DNA of 64,000 nt. It comes from Octopus sinensis (lineage: Eukaryota). The notes beneath the pieces were generated by a model. It saw only the letters and a program-made list of their open reading frames with translations, was not told where the DNA came from and searched no databases. The stretch is from contig NC_043007.1 in NCBI RefSeq assembly GCF_006345805.1, positions 41,292,001 through 41,356,000 of the forward strand, in the 5' to 3' direction. The translations under genes and the position numbers were made by a program. Shown here piece by piece: positions 1 to 14,406 of the stretch. Within the stretch, counting starts at the first letter, position 1, and each line of letters opens with the position of its first letter.

Positions 1-1093
1 AGCCAGTGGAGGTTTTGGGCTACCTTGTCATGTCTACGCTTATTTTCTCTCTGTGCAAGACTTTCACAAGCACTAACAATGTGAGTCACACTTTCAACCC
101 TCTTCCCACACATTCTGCAGAAGTCCAATGCACTTGTGTTGCATATATTCTTTTACACTGAGTTGGTATTCAATGCCTGGTCCTGGGTAGCGATGATTAG
201 GCTTTCAGTCGTCTTCTTTTTAGGTCACCCTTGATGAGCCACCTCCATGATGCTTCCTGGTCTTTTAATCTGTTGGTTTAATGGCGGAACTGACCATGTA
301 ATTCCATACAGAGTAGGGTTTCTTCTCTCTCGTTGGTTGTTCTTGATCAGAATTCATGAGCACTCATAAGTCCATTTTTGTTAACTCCTTCTGCTTTAGC
401 AGCATACTGTAGCAGGTCTTCTTTGCTGTTTACCAAATATTTTGCCATGTTTCTTCTTTCACTGTTGATGCACCCCCATATGCTAATCAGCTCATGTCCA
501 CCTTTATCTATCTTCATGTAGAGCCTGTGGACATTTTCCTTAGGGTGGAGGGCATCATGCATTGTCATTGTCTTTCAGTTAGTGCGATTGAGTTGGTCCA
601 TCTCCCCTTGTGCCCATATCAAGATGGGTGTACTATAGCAGACTACAGCAAAAGCCCATATGTTGATAGCAGTTACAAGGTTCCTTGAGTTGAGCTTTGA
701 TTTCAAGAGAAGTTTGAGATGCTTGAAATATGCAGTGATGACCTTGTTTTTCATTTCTTTGTGCAAGATATTGTCCAGCTCCAGGATCCTGAGGTACTTG
801 TACCCATCATCATCCGGGTCTTCCATTCTCTCTCCATTTGGCAATTCTATGCCCCAACAATTTACTCTTTTCCTTCACTTCAAAGTAAGCACTGCACTCT
901 TTGAGATACCGAATTCCATCCTTATATCCTTGCTGCACATTTGCATAGTCTCAACCAGCCTCTCCATTTCAGGCTCTGTTTTTGTGAACAGTTTTAAATC
1001 ATCCATGAAGAGAAGTTGGTTGAGACTAGGTCCGTTCTTTCTCAGCTCATATTGCATGTTGATTTTATATAGGACTACAGAAAGTGGGATCAA
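1..1093 (-). mobile_element. Degenerate non-LTR retrotransposon RT/C-terminal fragment, R4/Dong-like (RLE-type), 5'-truncated
   Basis: Frameshifted - strand ORFs give QLLFMDDLKLF, FGISKSAVL, YKYLRILE, LVTAINIWA and LHPKENVHRLY. Further on are LHGQF, TESLIIATQDQAL and a CRMC..H..C knuckle. The element abuts a (TAT)n tract at about 1097-1120, matching the known (TAA)n target preference of Dong elements. Confidence 0.8.
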
Positions 1094-2266
1094 GGCTTAT
1101 TATTATCATTATTATTATTACATAGGAAGATTCTTGAATTATAGGGCCTCAGTAACTTTTGGACATCAACTCCTCATTCCTTCTATCTCAATATACCCCT
1201 ATCCTTTCACAAAACCACAAGGGTCTGTATGGTTTCAGTAGTGCAAGGTAGGATACTTCCATTCTCCTGTTAACAGCTCTTCATCATTATCATCATCATC
1301 GTCGTCGCCATTGTCGTCGTCGTCGTCGTAATCATCATCATCATCATTAACTTTATCATCATCATCAATGTTTTAATGTTTTTTTCTTAATGTTGACAAA
1401 TTAGATAGGTCTTCAGTACAGCATATTGCTATTTGTCTTGAGTTTCTGTCTTATACATGTTCTATCCTGCATTCCAAAATGTTTCATTCAGCCATTTTGT
1501 TCGCTGGGTCCACTTTACCAACAACATATGGTACATTTTCACAAAGGATTCAGTGTTCAAACAAGACATATTCATACTCTCACAGTCCCCTTTCCCTGAC
1601 AGATTGATTAATCTTTCTTAATATCAAATCACTGTAAATTTATTTGTGTTACACCTCTGGTTAATAAGCTTTACATATCCTGTGATTCAGGTCAACCTCA
1701 TATCCCCCCAGCTGTCACAGATCTTCACACATTAAATCCAGATTCATGTGGTACAATCATACACCATCATACTTCTTACACATACCCTTTTTCTCTTTTC
1801 ACCTCAAATCTTCAAGCTCATGAGGCCAGAGCTCATCCAGATTTTTCAGTATCTTTAGGCTCTGAATGGAATACTTGTCTGTCACAGGACTAACCCCTAG
1901 GTACCAATGGTATTCATTTTCATTTGAGTGTACCAGAGCAACATGAAATGTCCTGCCTTGTTCACAAATCAAACCCATAACCTAAAGATCATGAGCTTTT
2001 CACATGAAGAGAGAAGCACTTAGTTGCTAACAGTAGAGGCAACACAGCTCCCTTGACTTTTACTTATTCCTTTTTATAAAATTTGTGCTTTCATTTTATC
2101 TCTATTTATTAATTCCTTTTTTCATTTTTGGAGTTGGGTGTTACAGTCACCTGCCATTGTTACCTATGCCTACATTCTACTCTAATTAAGTCGTAAAAGG
2201 AATCACTTACATCTACCAAATCTATCTGAACATAAATAATATATATGATTGTGGTTTCTATTCCAG

Positions 2267-2310
2267 AGAAGATTTGCCACAACAAATGTTTCAATGGAGG
2301 AACATGTAAG
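2267..2310 (+). CDS. EGF-TM gene exon ([14 protein letters not shown])
   Basis: ttccag acceptor, gtgaga donor; first half of an EGF repeat. Confidence 0.8.
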
Positions 2311-3357
2311 GTGAGAACCATTATAAACAGTTTTCTTCATCAATATTCTAACAATAATAAACAATTTATTGTTGTCTATCATACTTAATTCCTGTGGGGT
2401 AAAAAATCTGTAGAACTGTGGAAAGGGGGTGGTAAAAATGCATGTGTGATAGAGAGAGAGAGAGATACAAAAGAGTGCTACTGGCACAGGCACACATGCA
2501 TATGTACATTTGAATCCAATTGTTGGCTTTGTGCCAAAATTTGAAGCAATTAATTATTATTCTTCCATTTTTATATCAAATTTTTCCAATATTTCTGAAA
2601 CTACCTAAAACAACATGATTTTATCATGATTATTTTGTTTTCCTTTTCATCCTATGTATTCTTATATTTCTTCTCGTTTTCGATTTTTTTTTTTTTACTT
2701 GGAAACTGTATCAGGAGCTGAGCATGTCCGAATACAAATGTAATTGCCAAAAAGGTTTCACAGGCCATAGATGTGAAGTGAACATTAATGAATGCTTAAG
2801 CAACCCATGTCAGAATGGTGGTATATGCATTGACAAAATTAATGGGTACATTTGCAAATGTATGAAAGGTCAGTGTGCTTTCCCCTCTTTGCTACAAATA
2901 TTTTCCCATTGGTAGCCTTCTTTCCACTTAATTTAACTTTGATTATCAACTATATCAATTCTAACTGTCTAATAGAGTTAAAATTGATGCACTATGACTA
3001 AACACCACTACCAATACTAACACAACAACAATCTCAACACCACCACTACAACCATTATCACTACAATAACCACTACCACTAACCCCCACCCCCCATCATC
3101 AGTCTTGGAATCCTTGTAAAACTTATGGCTGCTGACAAAATTATTTTTTAAAAAAACAAATTTTTAATGTCACAAAAATGTTTGTGGCTGTGTGGTAAGA
3201 TGTTTGCTTCTCAGCTACATGGTTCTGGGTTCAGTCCCACTGTGTGGCACCTTGGGCAAGTGTGCTCTACCATAGCCTCAGGTTGACCAAAGCCTTATGA
3301 GTGAATTTGGTAGACAGAAACTGAAAGAAGCTCATTGTATAAATATATATGTATGTG

Positions 3358-3400
<43 letters not shown>

Positions 3401-4291
3401 TATATACATACATATATATTTATAAAAAGTGTAGGTAGCATATGAGTGGGTAAATTTATAAAAAAGAAGTTTGAAAACGCCACTATATAAGATAAATTTT
3501 AATTTTCTTAGAGATTTTACATGTTTCAGTTCTTCTTGAAAAAAACGAACCTTATCAAAAATATTTTTAAAAGTTAAGTGTAATAAAAAAAGTTCATAAT
3601 TGTTTCTTACTAGTCCCAACAGAGTCCACATGATGGTGTTTTGCGGGGGGAGGGGGGCATAATGGCTGTCTTGTGTGTTGACTAGAATCATTGGCTGTAA
3701 TCGTGAATGTGAGTCAGAAACAATTATGAACTTTTTTATTACACTTAACTTTTAAAAATATTTTTGATAAGGTTCGTTTTTTCAAGAAGAACCAAAACAT
3801 GTAAAATCTCTAAGAAAATTAAAATTTATCTTATATAGTGGCGTTTTCAAACTTCTTTTTTATAAATTCGACTTCTTTGTCTGCCGCAAGGCATTATTTT
3901 TCTCACACGCCAGCTAATTCGAATTGTCTAAAGTCGAAATACGCCTGTTGTCTTTGTCCTGTTATTATTATTATTGTTATTATTATTGTTTTTTGTTTTT
4001 TGTATTTATATTCGTATTACTTTTTGTTTTTTGTATTTATTTTCGTGTAACATCATCCATTTTTCTGTCCTTGTTTCGTATACATTCGATACTTTTTCCA
4101 AGAAATCTAATGCTCATAGCTTAGTTTTTGCTTGGGGCTGGCCAGATTGGAGCAATCTCAAGATTAATCAGCCAAAATTGCGAGGATGATCTGGTTCTTG
4201 ACTGAAGATTAGAGGCTTCGAATGACCCGTCCGTTTTCGTATCGTCTATTTGAATGTCTTGTGTTCTTGTCCCATTTTATATATTTTTTAT

Positions 4292-4334
<43 letters not shown>

Positions 4335-5235
4335 ATATATACATTATATACATACATATATATTTATAAAAAGTGTAGGTAGCATATGAGTGGGTAAATT
4401 TATAAAAAAGAAGTTTGAAAACGCCACTATATAAGATAAATTTTAATTTTCTTAGAGATTTTACATGTTTCGGTTCTTCTTGAAAAAAACGAACCTTATC
4501 AAAAATATTTTTAAAAGTTAAGTGTAATAAAAAAAGTTCATAATTGTTTCTTACTAGTCCCAACAGAGTCCACATGATGGTGTTTTGCGGGGGGAGGGGG
4601 GCATAATGGCTGTCTTGTGTGTTGACTAGAATCATTGGCTGTAATCGTGAATGTGAGTCAGAAACAATTATGAACTTTTTTATTACACTTAACTTTTAAA
4701 AATATTTTTGATAAGGTTCGTTTTTTCAAGAAGAACCAAAACATGTAAAATCTCTAAGAAAATTAAAATTTATCTTATATAGTGACGTTTTCAAACTTCT
4801 TTTTTATAAATTCGACTTCTTTGTCTGCCGCAAGGCATTATTTTTCTCACACGCCAGCTAATTCGTATTGTCTAAAGTCGAAATACGCCTGTTGTCTTTG
4901 TCCTGTTATTATTATTATTGTTATTATTATTGTTTTTTGTTTTTTGTATTTATATTCGTATTACTTTTTGTTTTTTGTATTTATTTTCGTGTAACATCAT
5001 CCATTTTTCTGTCCTTGTTTCGTATACATTCGATACTTTTTCCAAGAAATCTAATGCTCATAGCTTAGTTTTTGCTTGGGGCTGGCCAGATTGGAGCAAT
5101 CTCAAGATTAATCAGCCAAAATTGCGAGGATGATCTGGTTCTTGACTGAAGATTAGAGGCTTCGAATGACCCGTCCGTTTTCGTATCGTCTATTTGAATG
5201 TCTTGTGTTCTTGTCCCATTTTATATATTTTTTAT

Positions 5236-5278
<43 letters not shown>

Positions 5279-5316
5279 ATTGATAATTATTCCAGACTAC
5301 TTGGTGTCGTTGCTAA

Positions 5317-5357
<41 letters not shown>

Positions 5358-8300
5358 GTATGTGTAGCTATATGTGTGTGTAGCTATATGTGTGTGTCGT
5401 GTTTGTGTTTGTCTCCCCACCTCTGTTTGACAACCAGTATTGATGTGTTTCTTTTCCTGTAACTTAGCAGTTTGGTAAAAAGACTGACAGAATGTGTGCT
5501 AGGCTTTAAAAAAAATGTCCTGGGGGGCAATTTGTTTGACTAAAACCTTTTAATGCGGTGCTCCAGCATGGCTGCAATCAAGTAAAAGAATAAAAGTAAA
5601 GAATAAGTTCCCAAAATACCCACACAACATACCCACAGTGTACTATAACACCCATACAACATACCCCTAGCATACCATAACACCCACACAACATACCCAC
5701 AGCATACCATAACACCTACACATTTCATAGCATTCACACAACACCTGCACACCCAAAGAATACCCTCACAACATCCTACAACATAAACACAATAGCCACA
5801 CAACCTGTCACAACATTCCATAACACCCAACATACCTCACAACACCAACACGGCACCTTTCAATCTCACAACACCCACACAACATCCTGCTCCCATGATA
5901 TCTCACAATGTCTTCACAAAGTCCCACAACACATCGGTTTCACTGTACTAACATTATCTTTCTACCAAAATCCCTAACCAACAGGTATCACTGGGAAGTT
6001 CTGTGAAACTAACATTGATGATTGCAGCCCTAACAGATGCCAAGCTGAAGCTCCTTGTATTGACTGGGTGGATGATTTCTTCTGCAGATGCCCTGATGGC
6101 CTTGCCGGAAAAATTTGCAGTAAGGAATCAAAGTTTTATTTATCTATTTTTTTATTTGATTTATTTTTCATTTATTATTATTATCATCATAATAATTATT
6201 ATTATCATTATTATCAAGGTATCAAACACAGAATAGTTAGTGCACTAGACGAAATGCCTAGCAGTATTTCGCCTGCCACTACATTCTGAATTCAAATTCT
6301 GCTAAGGTTGACTTTCATTCTTTTGGGGTCAATGAATTAAGTACCAGTTGAACACTGGGATCAATGTAATCAACTCATCTCCCCCACCCCAAAATAACTG
6401 CGCTTGTGGCAAAAAATCATCATTATTACCATTATTATTATTATTATTGTCATCATCATCATCATCATTATTATTATTAAGTCAGCAAGCTAGCAGAATC
6501 ATTAGCATGCTGGGCAAAATGCTTAGCAGTATTTCGTCTGTCTTCATGTTCTGAGTTCTAATTCCACCGAGGTCAACTTTGCTTTTCATCCTTTTAGGAT
6601 GTTGAGTACTGGAGTCAATGTAATTGACTTAATCTAACTCCAAAAATTGCTGGCCTTAAGCCAAAATTTGAATTTACACTTGAAAAGGATAAAGTGAAGG
6701 TGGAGAGGGAAGTACTGCCCCCACCCCAGTAATTTTGTTGAAAGGTTGGCAATCAATCCCAGTGCCCTAGAGCAAGTGAAAGATAAGAGATGTTACAGTA
6801 TAATGTGAAAGTTTGGGAAGGGGAAGTAGCAGGGGCAGTAGCAAAATATCACAATCATCATCACCATCATCATTTCCTTCATCATCATCATCATTATCAT
6901 CATCATCATCACCTTCATCATCAGCAACATTATTATCATCATTATCGTTAAGTTTTAATGTCAAGGTTCATGCTGGCATGGGCTGGATGGTTGGACAGGG
7001 TACAATGGATCCAAAGATTGCATTATCCTCCAGTCTTCTTTGCAATAAGAAGGGCATCCAATAATTAAAAAAATATCGCCTCACTAATGGATATTCATTT
7101 AACCATGCTAGCATCGAGAAACAGATGTAAAACTAACAAATACAACAGTATTTCACACAATTTCCATCTATCAAATTTCAAATTACAAAGCAATGGGCAA
7201 TCTGAAGCTATGGTAGAAGATATTTTCCCATAGTGTTGAGGAGTGAGTTTGAAACTGAATCCATTTGATTACACAGCAAGTCTCTTTACCACACTGCCCT
7301 GTTTGTACCTAAGACCTCCATCTCTCATGGTTTATCAAGTATCTGCACTATCCATTCATTCAAATCACTTCTCTCACCATACCATTAAATTGATTTCATG
7401 TTGTGGTGAGAGACACTGGGATTGGAAAAATGGACTAGCTGAACTCTTATAAAAAGTAGTGTATTGGTTGAGACGGGGAAGTCGTAGGTGTCACTGAGAG
7501 TTTGTGGAAGTCATAAGAAACCTTTGAGATCGCTGAGAGTTTGTATTTATTGGAGTAATTTGAAGTACATCGTGTGAAGAGAACTGTGTTTATCCCTGCT
7601 CTATGAAATCTATATATTCAATGTATAGAAAGGTATAAAAGTGGCAACAAGTTTATTCGAAGTTTATGAAGAGTCGTTGTGCCAGCTGCACTACAAAAGC
7701 ATTTATTAAAGGAATTTCATATTGTTCACCCAGGGATTTCAAGAATGAAACCACTAATGAGAAGTTAGATATGTTGGCCTAAAATGGACTGTGATGTTGA
7801 AGAGTTGGTGAAATCCTACAGTGGTTGTGCTTTTGCAGCCAAGTCACCACTGGTAAAATTCCTGAAATCAACAGTCCATGGACCAGGCTTCATATAGATT
7901 TTGCTGGACCAGTAAATGGCATGTATTACCTGATTGTTGTAGATAGTGGCCGGAAATATGTAGGAAAGCAACCTCTATGGTAACAATAGAATTTCTTCAT
8001 GAACTCTTTGCAGGATATGGTGTACCGGACACCATAGTGTCCAATAATGGTATGCAGTTTACAGTGTATGAGTTTAAAAATTTTTGAAAAATATATGCAA
8101 TTAAACACATCTCTACTCCACCATATCACCCAGGATCAAACGGGCAAGTGGAACAGTTCATGGATACATTTAAAAGAGTATAAAGAAATCAAACAATAAG
8201 CTAGTCGATGGCACAGCATTGACACAGCTGTTCAGTGTTTATAGGATAATATGAAATCCAAACACTTGTTTAGGCAAGTTACCTGTGGAACTAATGTTTG

Positions 8301-9365
8301 CTTGAAAGATAAAGTCAATTTTTGACAAGTTGTTACCAGTAAGAAAAACAAATAGGAGAAAACGCTAAAAATACAAAAATGTATTTTAATATCGGTGACA
8401 AGGTGTATTTTAAAACATAAAAATAGAAGAGGTTCGGAAGACGGAGTAGTAACAAAATGAACAGGCAAAATGACGCATATGATAAGAGGTGAAAATGGGA
8501 ACACAAAAGACATTTAAACCAGCCAAAAAGTAGATATACGGAAAAAAGAAAAGAGGTACCCATGGAAGTGCTCTATGACACTTTTGATGTTCCAACACCA
8601 CAAGAAGTTGAACCTAGGTGTAGCAGCACAAGAAAGAAGAGACAAACATCATGGTTGAGAGTAGTGCCTAAACAGAAGAAATATTAAACTTCCCTAAGAA
8701 GTAAATCTCAAAGGTGGGGGGGAGATGTTGTGGTAAGAGTCATTGACACCCCTGTGGGATTGGAAGAATAGACTAGCTGAACTCTTATAAAGAGTAGCGT
8801 TTTGGTTGAGACGGGGAACTCATAGGCGTCGTTGAGAGTCATAGGAAATCATTGAGATCGTTGAGAGTTTGTATTTATTGGAGTATCATGTTTAGCAGAG
8901 TAATTTGAAGTATGTCATGTGAAGACAATTGTGTCTATCTCCATTTTGTGAAATCAATATATCCAATGTATAGAAAGATATAAAACTTCACAACATTATT
9001 TTATTTACCCTCAAAAGATGAACACTGAAGGCAAGCTCAGACAAGATACTTAACCCTTATTTACTTAGTTAAAAGCTTATGTGACTTAAAGTATTATAAA
9101 TATAGTGTTGTTTTACTGTTTTTTTTTTCTCTTTATGTTTAGATGAAACCCAACCAGGTAAAAAATATATCCCATGTCAATCACACTTCTGTCTTAATGA
9201 AGGTATCTGCTTCCAGAATGAATTTGATAAAAAGTATTGTGTTTGTCCTAAAGGTAATGAACTCCTACTGATATCATTTTTATAATTATATGACTGTCTG
9301 TGTGAGTGTTTATTTAAGTGTACTTGTGTTTGTAGAGAAATATTTCTCTCTCTCTCCCTCTCTCC

Positions 9366-9402
<37 letters not shown>

Positions 9403-9628
9403 AATTAGAAAAAAAACAGCTTTTATCAATTCAATAATGAAAAATTAAATTATACCATTTAGAAAAATTACATATTATAGAAAGATTATTAAAAATAAGA
9501 TAAAACATATAACAATGATTAAGTAATGTGCAAAATAGTAAATAAAACGTAATATATATATATATATATTATATTTTGTGAAATATTTCCTCATATTATA
9601 TTATTATTATTATTATATATATACATAC

Positions 9629-9707
<79 letters not shown>

Positions 9708-9724
9708 CATACATACATATATAC

Positions 9725-9772
<48 letters not shown>

Positions 9773-10511
9773 TATATATATAAATTTATATTTAGAGGGC
9801 ATTATTATACATACATGCCTCACGCTAAGAGGGACATCAGTCATTTCTACCAAAAAATTTTACTAATCTTACCCAATGCAATTTTTCAAAGCAAGACATT
9901 TAAAAAATGAATTTAGTCCTGTATCACCTGTGATTTCGTACTTACCGCAGAAATTGCGACCGTACTCATCAGCAAGACTGATTCTGAATATATCATAAAT
10001 AAACGACCTGTACCATCGAAGTCGAACAGCCATCTGCTCTCTCCAAACGAAGCACATGTAGAAGTTTACATATTATACATCCGGTAAATGGCGGGCTTCT
10101 TCGAATTGCATTTCGGGTAGGAAAAGTTTTTTCGAAATGCAATTCGAAGAAGCCCGCCATTTACCGGATGTATAATATGTAAACTTCTACATGTGCTTCG
10201 TTTGGAGAGAGCAGATGGCTGTTCGACTTCGACGGTACAGGTCGTTTATTTATGATATATTCAGAATCAGTCTTGCTGATGAGTACGGTCGCAATTTCTG
10301 TCCCTCTTAGCGTGAGGCATGTATGTATAATAATGCCCTCTATAAATAAATTAATATGTTCAATAAGAAAGAATTATTTTCGAAATTTTTTCTCTTATGA
10401 GGTTTTTCACACTATCTACCTGATAATTTCTTGTTAAGATTCCTTAATAAGAAGTTATCCTTAATTGTTAAATTTATATATATATAATATATATATATAT
10501 ATATAATATAT

Positions 10512-10542
<31 letters not shown>

Positions 10543-10583
10543 TTATATATATATATATATATATATAGTATATATATATATAT

Positions 10584-10618
<35 letters not shown>

Positions 10619-11236
10619 TATACACACACACACACATGCACACACGTACACATTCACATACACACATACCTTGACTCACAGTTATCTTCCTTGCTGCTCA
10701 TGTATGAAACTTTCTCCTTTCCCATTCATTTCTGGTCATTCAACCCCAGCCATTTTCAACATAACCTGGCACAGAACAAAATAAATTTCTCCATTACATC
10801 TATTTTTTCCTTTTCTTCCTCTGATTAGAATACAGAGGGCCATGGAACATCCCATGCAAAAAAATATCATCATAGGATAATTCAAAAACTGGGCAGAGTA
10901 AACAATGTCATCACTAAATACCAAGGATGCAGTTCTACTGGGTTGGATATGTTGCAAAGTTTATAGACAACAGTTGGACCCATGCAGTTATTGAGTGGTC
11001 TCCAAGGGATCAAAGATACTACTCAGAAAATCTCCAGTATGAGGGGAAGGCAACATAGTCAAACAATTTGGGCTGAAGCAAAAAAGTGTACTAAAGGCAA
11101 GAATAGCAGTGCATTGTGACCAACAATGGATAAGCAGGTCTGATAGTTTGGTTGAAATACATACATACATACATATGTATATAGACAGACAGACAGATAG
11201 ATTTATAGAAAGGCTGGTTGAAATGCATACATACAT

Positions 11237-11274
<38 letters not shown>

Positions 11275-14200
11275 GGATAGATAGATAGATAGAAAGATAG
11301 ATAGATAGAAAGATAGATAGATAGACAGACAGACAGACAGTCTGGTTAAAATACATCCATATATGTGTGTGTGCGTTGTTTCAGGAAATATTTTAGACCA
11401 GTGGTTCTAAACTGGACTCCATATGACTCTTGGGGGTCTACATGAGATTTTGTTGCTAAAATTTATGTGTAATACAGGCTCAGTCCCAGGAATTTTTCGA
11501 AGGAAGGGCACAAGGTCAGAAGGGAATGCAGTTCCAGGAGAAAATGGTGTAATAACATTATTTACAAGGGTGCACTTCCTTTTTTGAAGAGGGCATTTGA
11601 CTCTCAGCCCCCTCTCCCATCCCCAACCTTGGATCCGCCTGTGAATTAAATCACTTATACTTCTATAATACACAAAATATTTCTGCAATTTGTTTTTATA
11701 CATCAATTCTAAAAATATAATTGGATTTTTTAATGGCTATGGGAGTCCAACGAAGCAAATTAGGGATCAAAGGGGGTTCATAAATACAAAAAATGGTTGA
11801 GAACCACTGTTTTAGGATATTTTGTATGAATTCTCTAAAAAAGGTTTACAATTGGGACAAGACAAGATGGACATGGATCTCAACAACAGCCTTTCATTTC
11901 AAATATATATTCTCCTTCCAAAACTCTGTTAGGTTTTACCAAAGTAATGAATAGCTATTTTTTCTCCATTTATTTTATAAGGTTTCAAAGGACCATTTTG
12001 TGAAATCAACATCGATGACTGTAAACCAAATCCTTGCCTACATAATGGAACCTGTACTGATCTGATTGATGACTTCTATTGCCACTGTCCAAGCTGGTTG
12101 ACTGGAAAAATTTGTGGTAAGTCTCTCTGAATAATTCCATGCAGTAGAAGAACTGGAATTGTTATTTAGTGGCTTATAATAGAAAATTTGTTAAAGAGTT
12201 TAGCATCTGGATATATTCGGTGGGATGCTTTAAGTGATTATGAGTTGGATTTTACATACCTAGAAACTGCAAAATAAAAAAAGGAACATAATGTTGAATT
12301 GACACTTTTTTATGATCGTAGAACAGTCTGAACCATGAGTCACCTGCTGGCCAATCATTGATTAGATTCCTTTTATTCTTTGAATGAGTTAAAAACTAAT
12401 CCAAAGAATGCAAAAGGTAGCATAAACAGGGAGATGGTTTGTTTGACACTTAAAAAAATAATTCTTTCTAACTTTGACAAAAAGGCCAGCAATTTCAGCA
12501 GGAGTGGGTTTAGTCAATTACGTCAACCCAGTACTTGACTGATACTGGAAAGGGTGAAAAGAAAAGCCAACCTCAGTGTAATTTGAAATCAGAATGTAAA
12601 GATCTGAAAGAAATGCTGCAATTGAACTGCTAACTGAAAACCTATGAGTGTTATACTGACAGTTGTTAAGTTATGAATTCAAAATCTACCATTATCATAT
12701 TATATTTCAAGTTGTGTGTGTGTGTGTGATGGAGAGAGAGACAGACAGACAGACAGAGATAGAGAGAAAGAGATCTGTTTCAATGATAAGAAGTCATTTG
12801 TCAAATTGACCAGATTCAAAAAATATAATCAAAGGAATTGTTTTTGAGTATACATTGTCTGGGAGATTCTTCTTATAGTAGAAGAAATAGCTAAGTTCTT
12901 TGGCTACTATTTCTAAAAGTTTGGTTTGTGGCAAAGCAAACTTTTTTGCTGAACCCTAATAATAATTATAAAAAGTAATGTATCTATCTATCTATCTATC
13001 TATATATATATATATATATATTCAGAAAGAAATTAAGTTATGAAAACAGTTATTGATTTTTTTTTCCAATTATTAGATGAAACCCAACCAGACAAAAACT
13101 TCGTTCCATGTGAAAAAAACATTTGTCTTAATGATGGAGTTTGCTTGAAAAACGAGCTTGGAATAAAATACTGTGTTTGTCCAAGAGGTAAGTAAACCAG
13201 TTTGTGGTTATTGTTGTGTTTGCATCCCAAATTGGCCCAGAGCATTCATTTTACGTTTTTTTCCATGGTTAGATAAATACATTATTGAGAGCACTGTTTA
13301 CAGCAGGATGCCTTTCCTGTCACTTGCACTTACTTTTCTCCATGAGATCTTTTTCTGAATGATCTTGAAGATGCAAAGTAAATAAAAATGTAACTTAACA
13401 CATATATACATATTCACACACATAATGTGTATATGATGGGTTTCTTTCAATTATCATCTGTCAAATCCACTCTTAAGGCTTTGGTCAGCCCAAGGCTACT
13501 ATAGAAGACACTTGCCCAAGATGTAATACAATGGTAGTGAACCTGAAGCCAAGTGGTTGGATAGCAGATGAGGACTATATTGTGGACAAGAATGGACCAT
13601 GGTAATCTGAATCAATTCTAATTCAGAGCTGCTATAAACTCCAAGATCAAATTTTGCTCCTATATCTCATTTTTGACTTGGTTTCTATGGCTGGATACCC
13701 TTTCTAACAGAAACTATTTTATTGTAAGTACTTGGTGTATTACCTAGTACCAACACCAGAGTTGTCATGTCTAAAGACTAAAGACTTCTTTTGGCTCTAT
13801 ATTGTCTCTGCTTGTTCACTAACCGTTTTGCAGAATGTACTGGGCACATTTTATCAAAGTGCCAACACAGGGACCATGCGGGTTGAATTTTGTTACAGTA
13901 ACTGTTTTGTTCCCCTTTGCATGTTCAGCTGTTCTATTTTGAATATTTGTGTCCCTTTGAAGATGACCAGTGAACAGCCTGCATTAGTGGTGCATAGCTT
14001 AGTAGTTTTGGGGGAAATATTTAAGCTCCAAGCAACACTAATATAATCCATGTTGGGTTGAATACATCATTTTTATATTAGGGTATTCCCAGGTTTTAGA
14101 ATAAATACACCATATCTCTGAATGTTGTAAGAAGCAACTAAATGGATTGGAAACCAGGACATCCAATTGTAAAACACTGCTTTGATAAAAAAAACTATCC

Positions 14201-14369
14201 AACAGGCGCAGGAGTGGCTGTGTGGTAAGTAGCTTGTTTACCAACCACATGGTTCCGGGTTCAGTCCCACTGCGTGGCACCTTGGGCAAGTGTCTTCTAC
14301 TATAGCCTCGGGCCGACCAAAGCCTTGTGAGTGGATTTGGTAGACGAAAACTGAAAGAAGCCCGTCGTA

Positions 14370-14406
<37 letters not shown>

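Noticed and set aside
660-1241. 193-aa + strand ORF
   Set aside because: Antisense shadow of the R4/Dong RT fragment
4195-4240. CTGAAGA...CGAAT hammerhead-like string in the tandem unit (also at ~5140-5185)
   Set aside because: GAAA box not canonical and no convincing stem I or stem II pairing
6767-6964. Asp-rich ORF
   Set aside because: (GAT)n microsatellite at the tail of a SINE fragment
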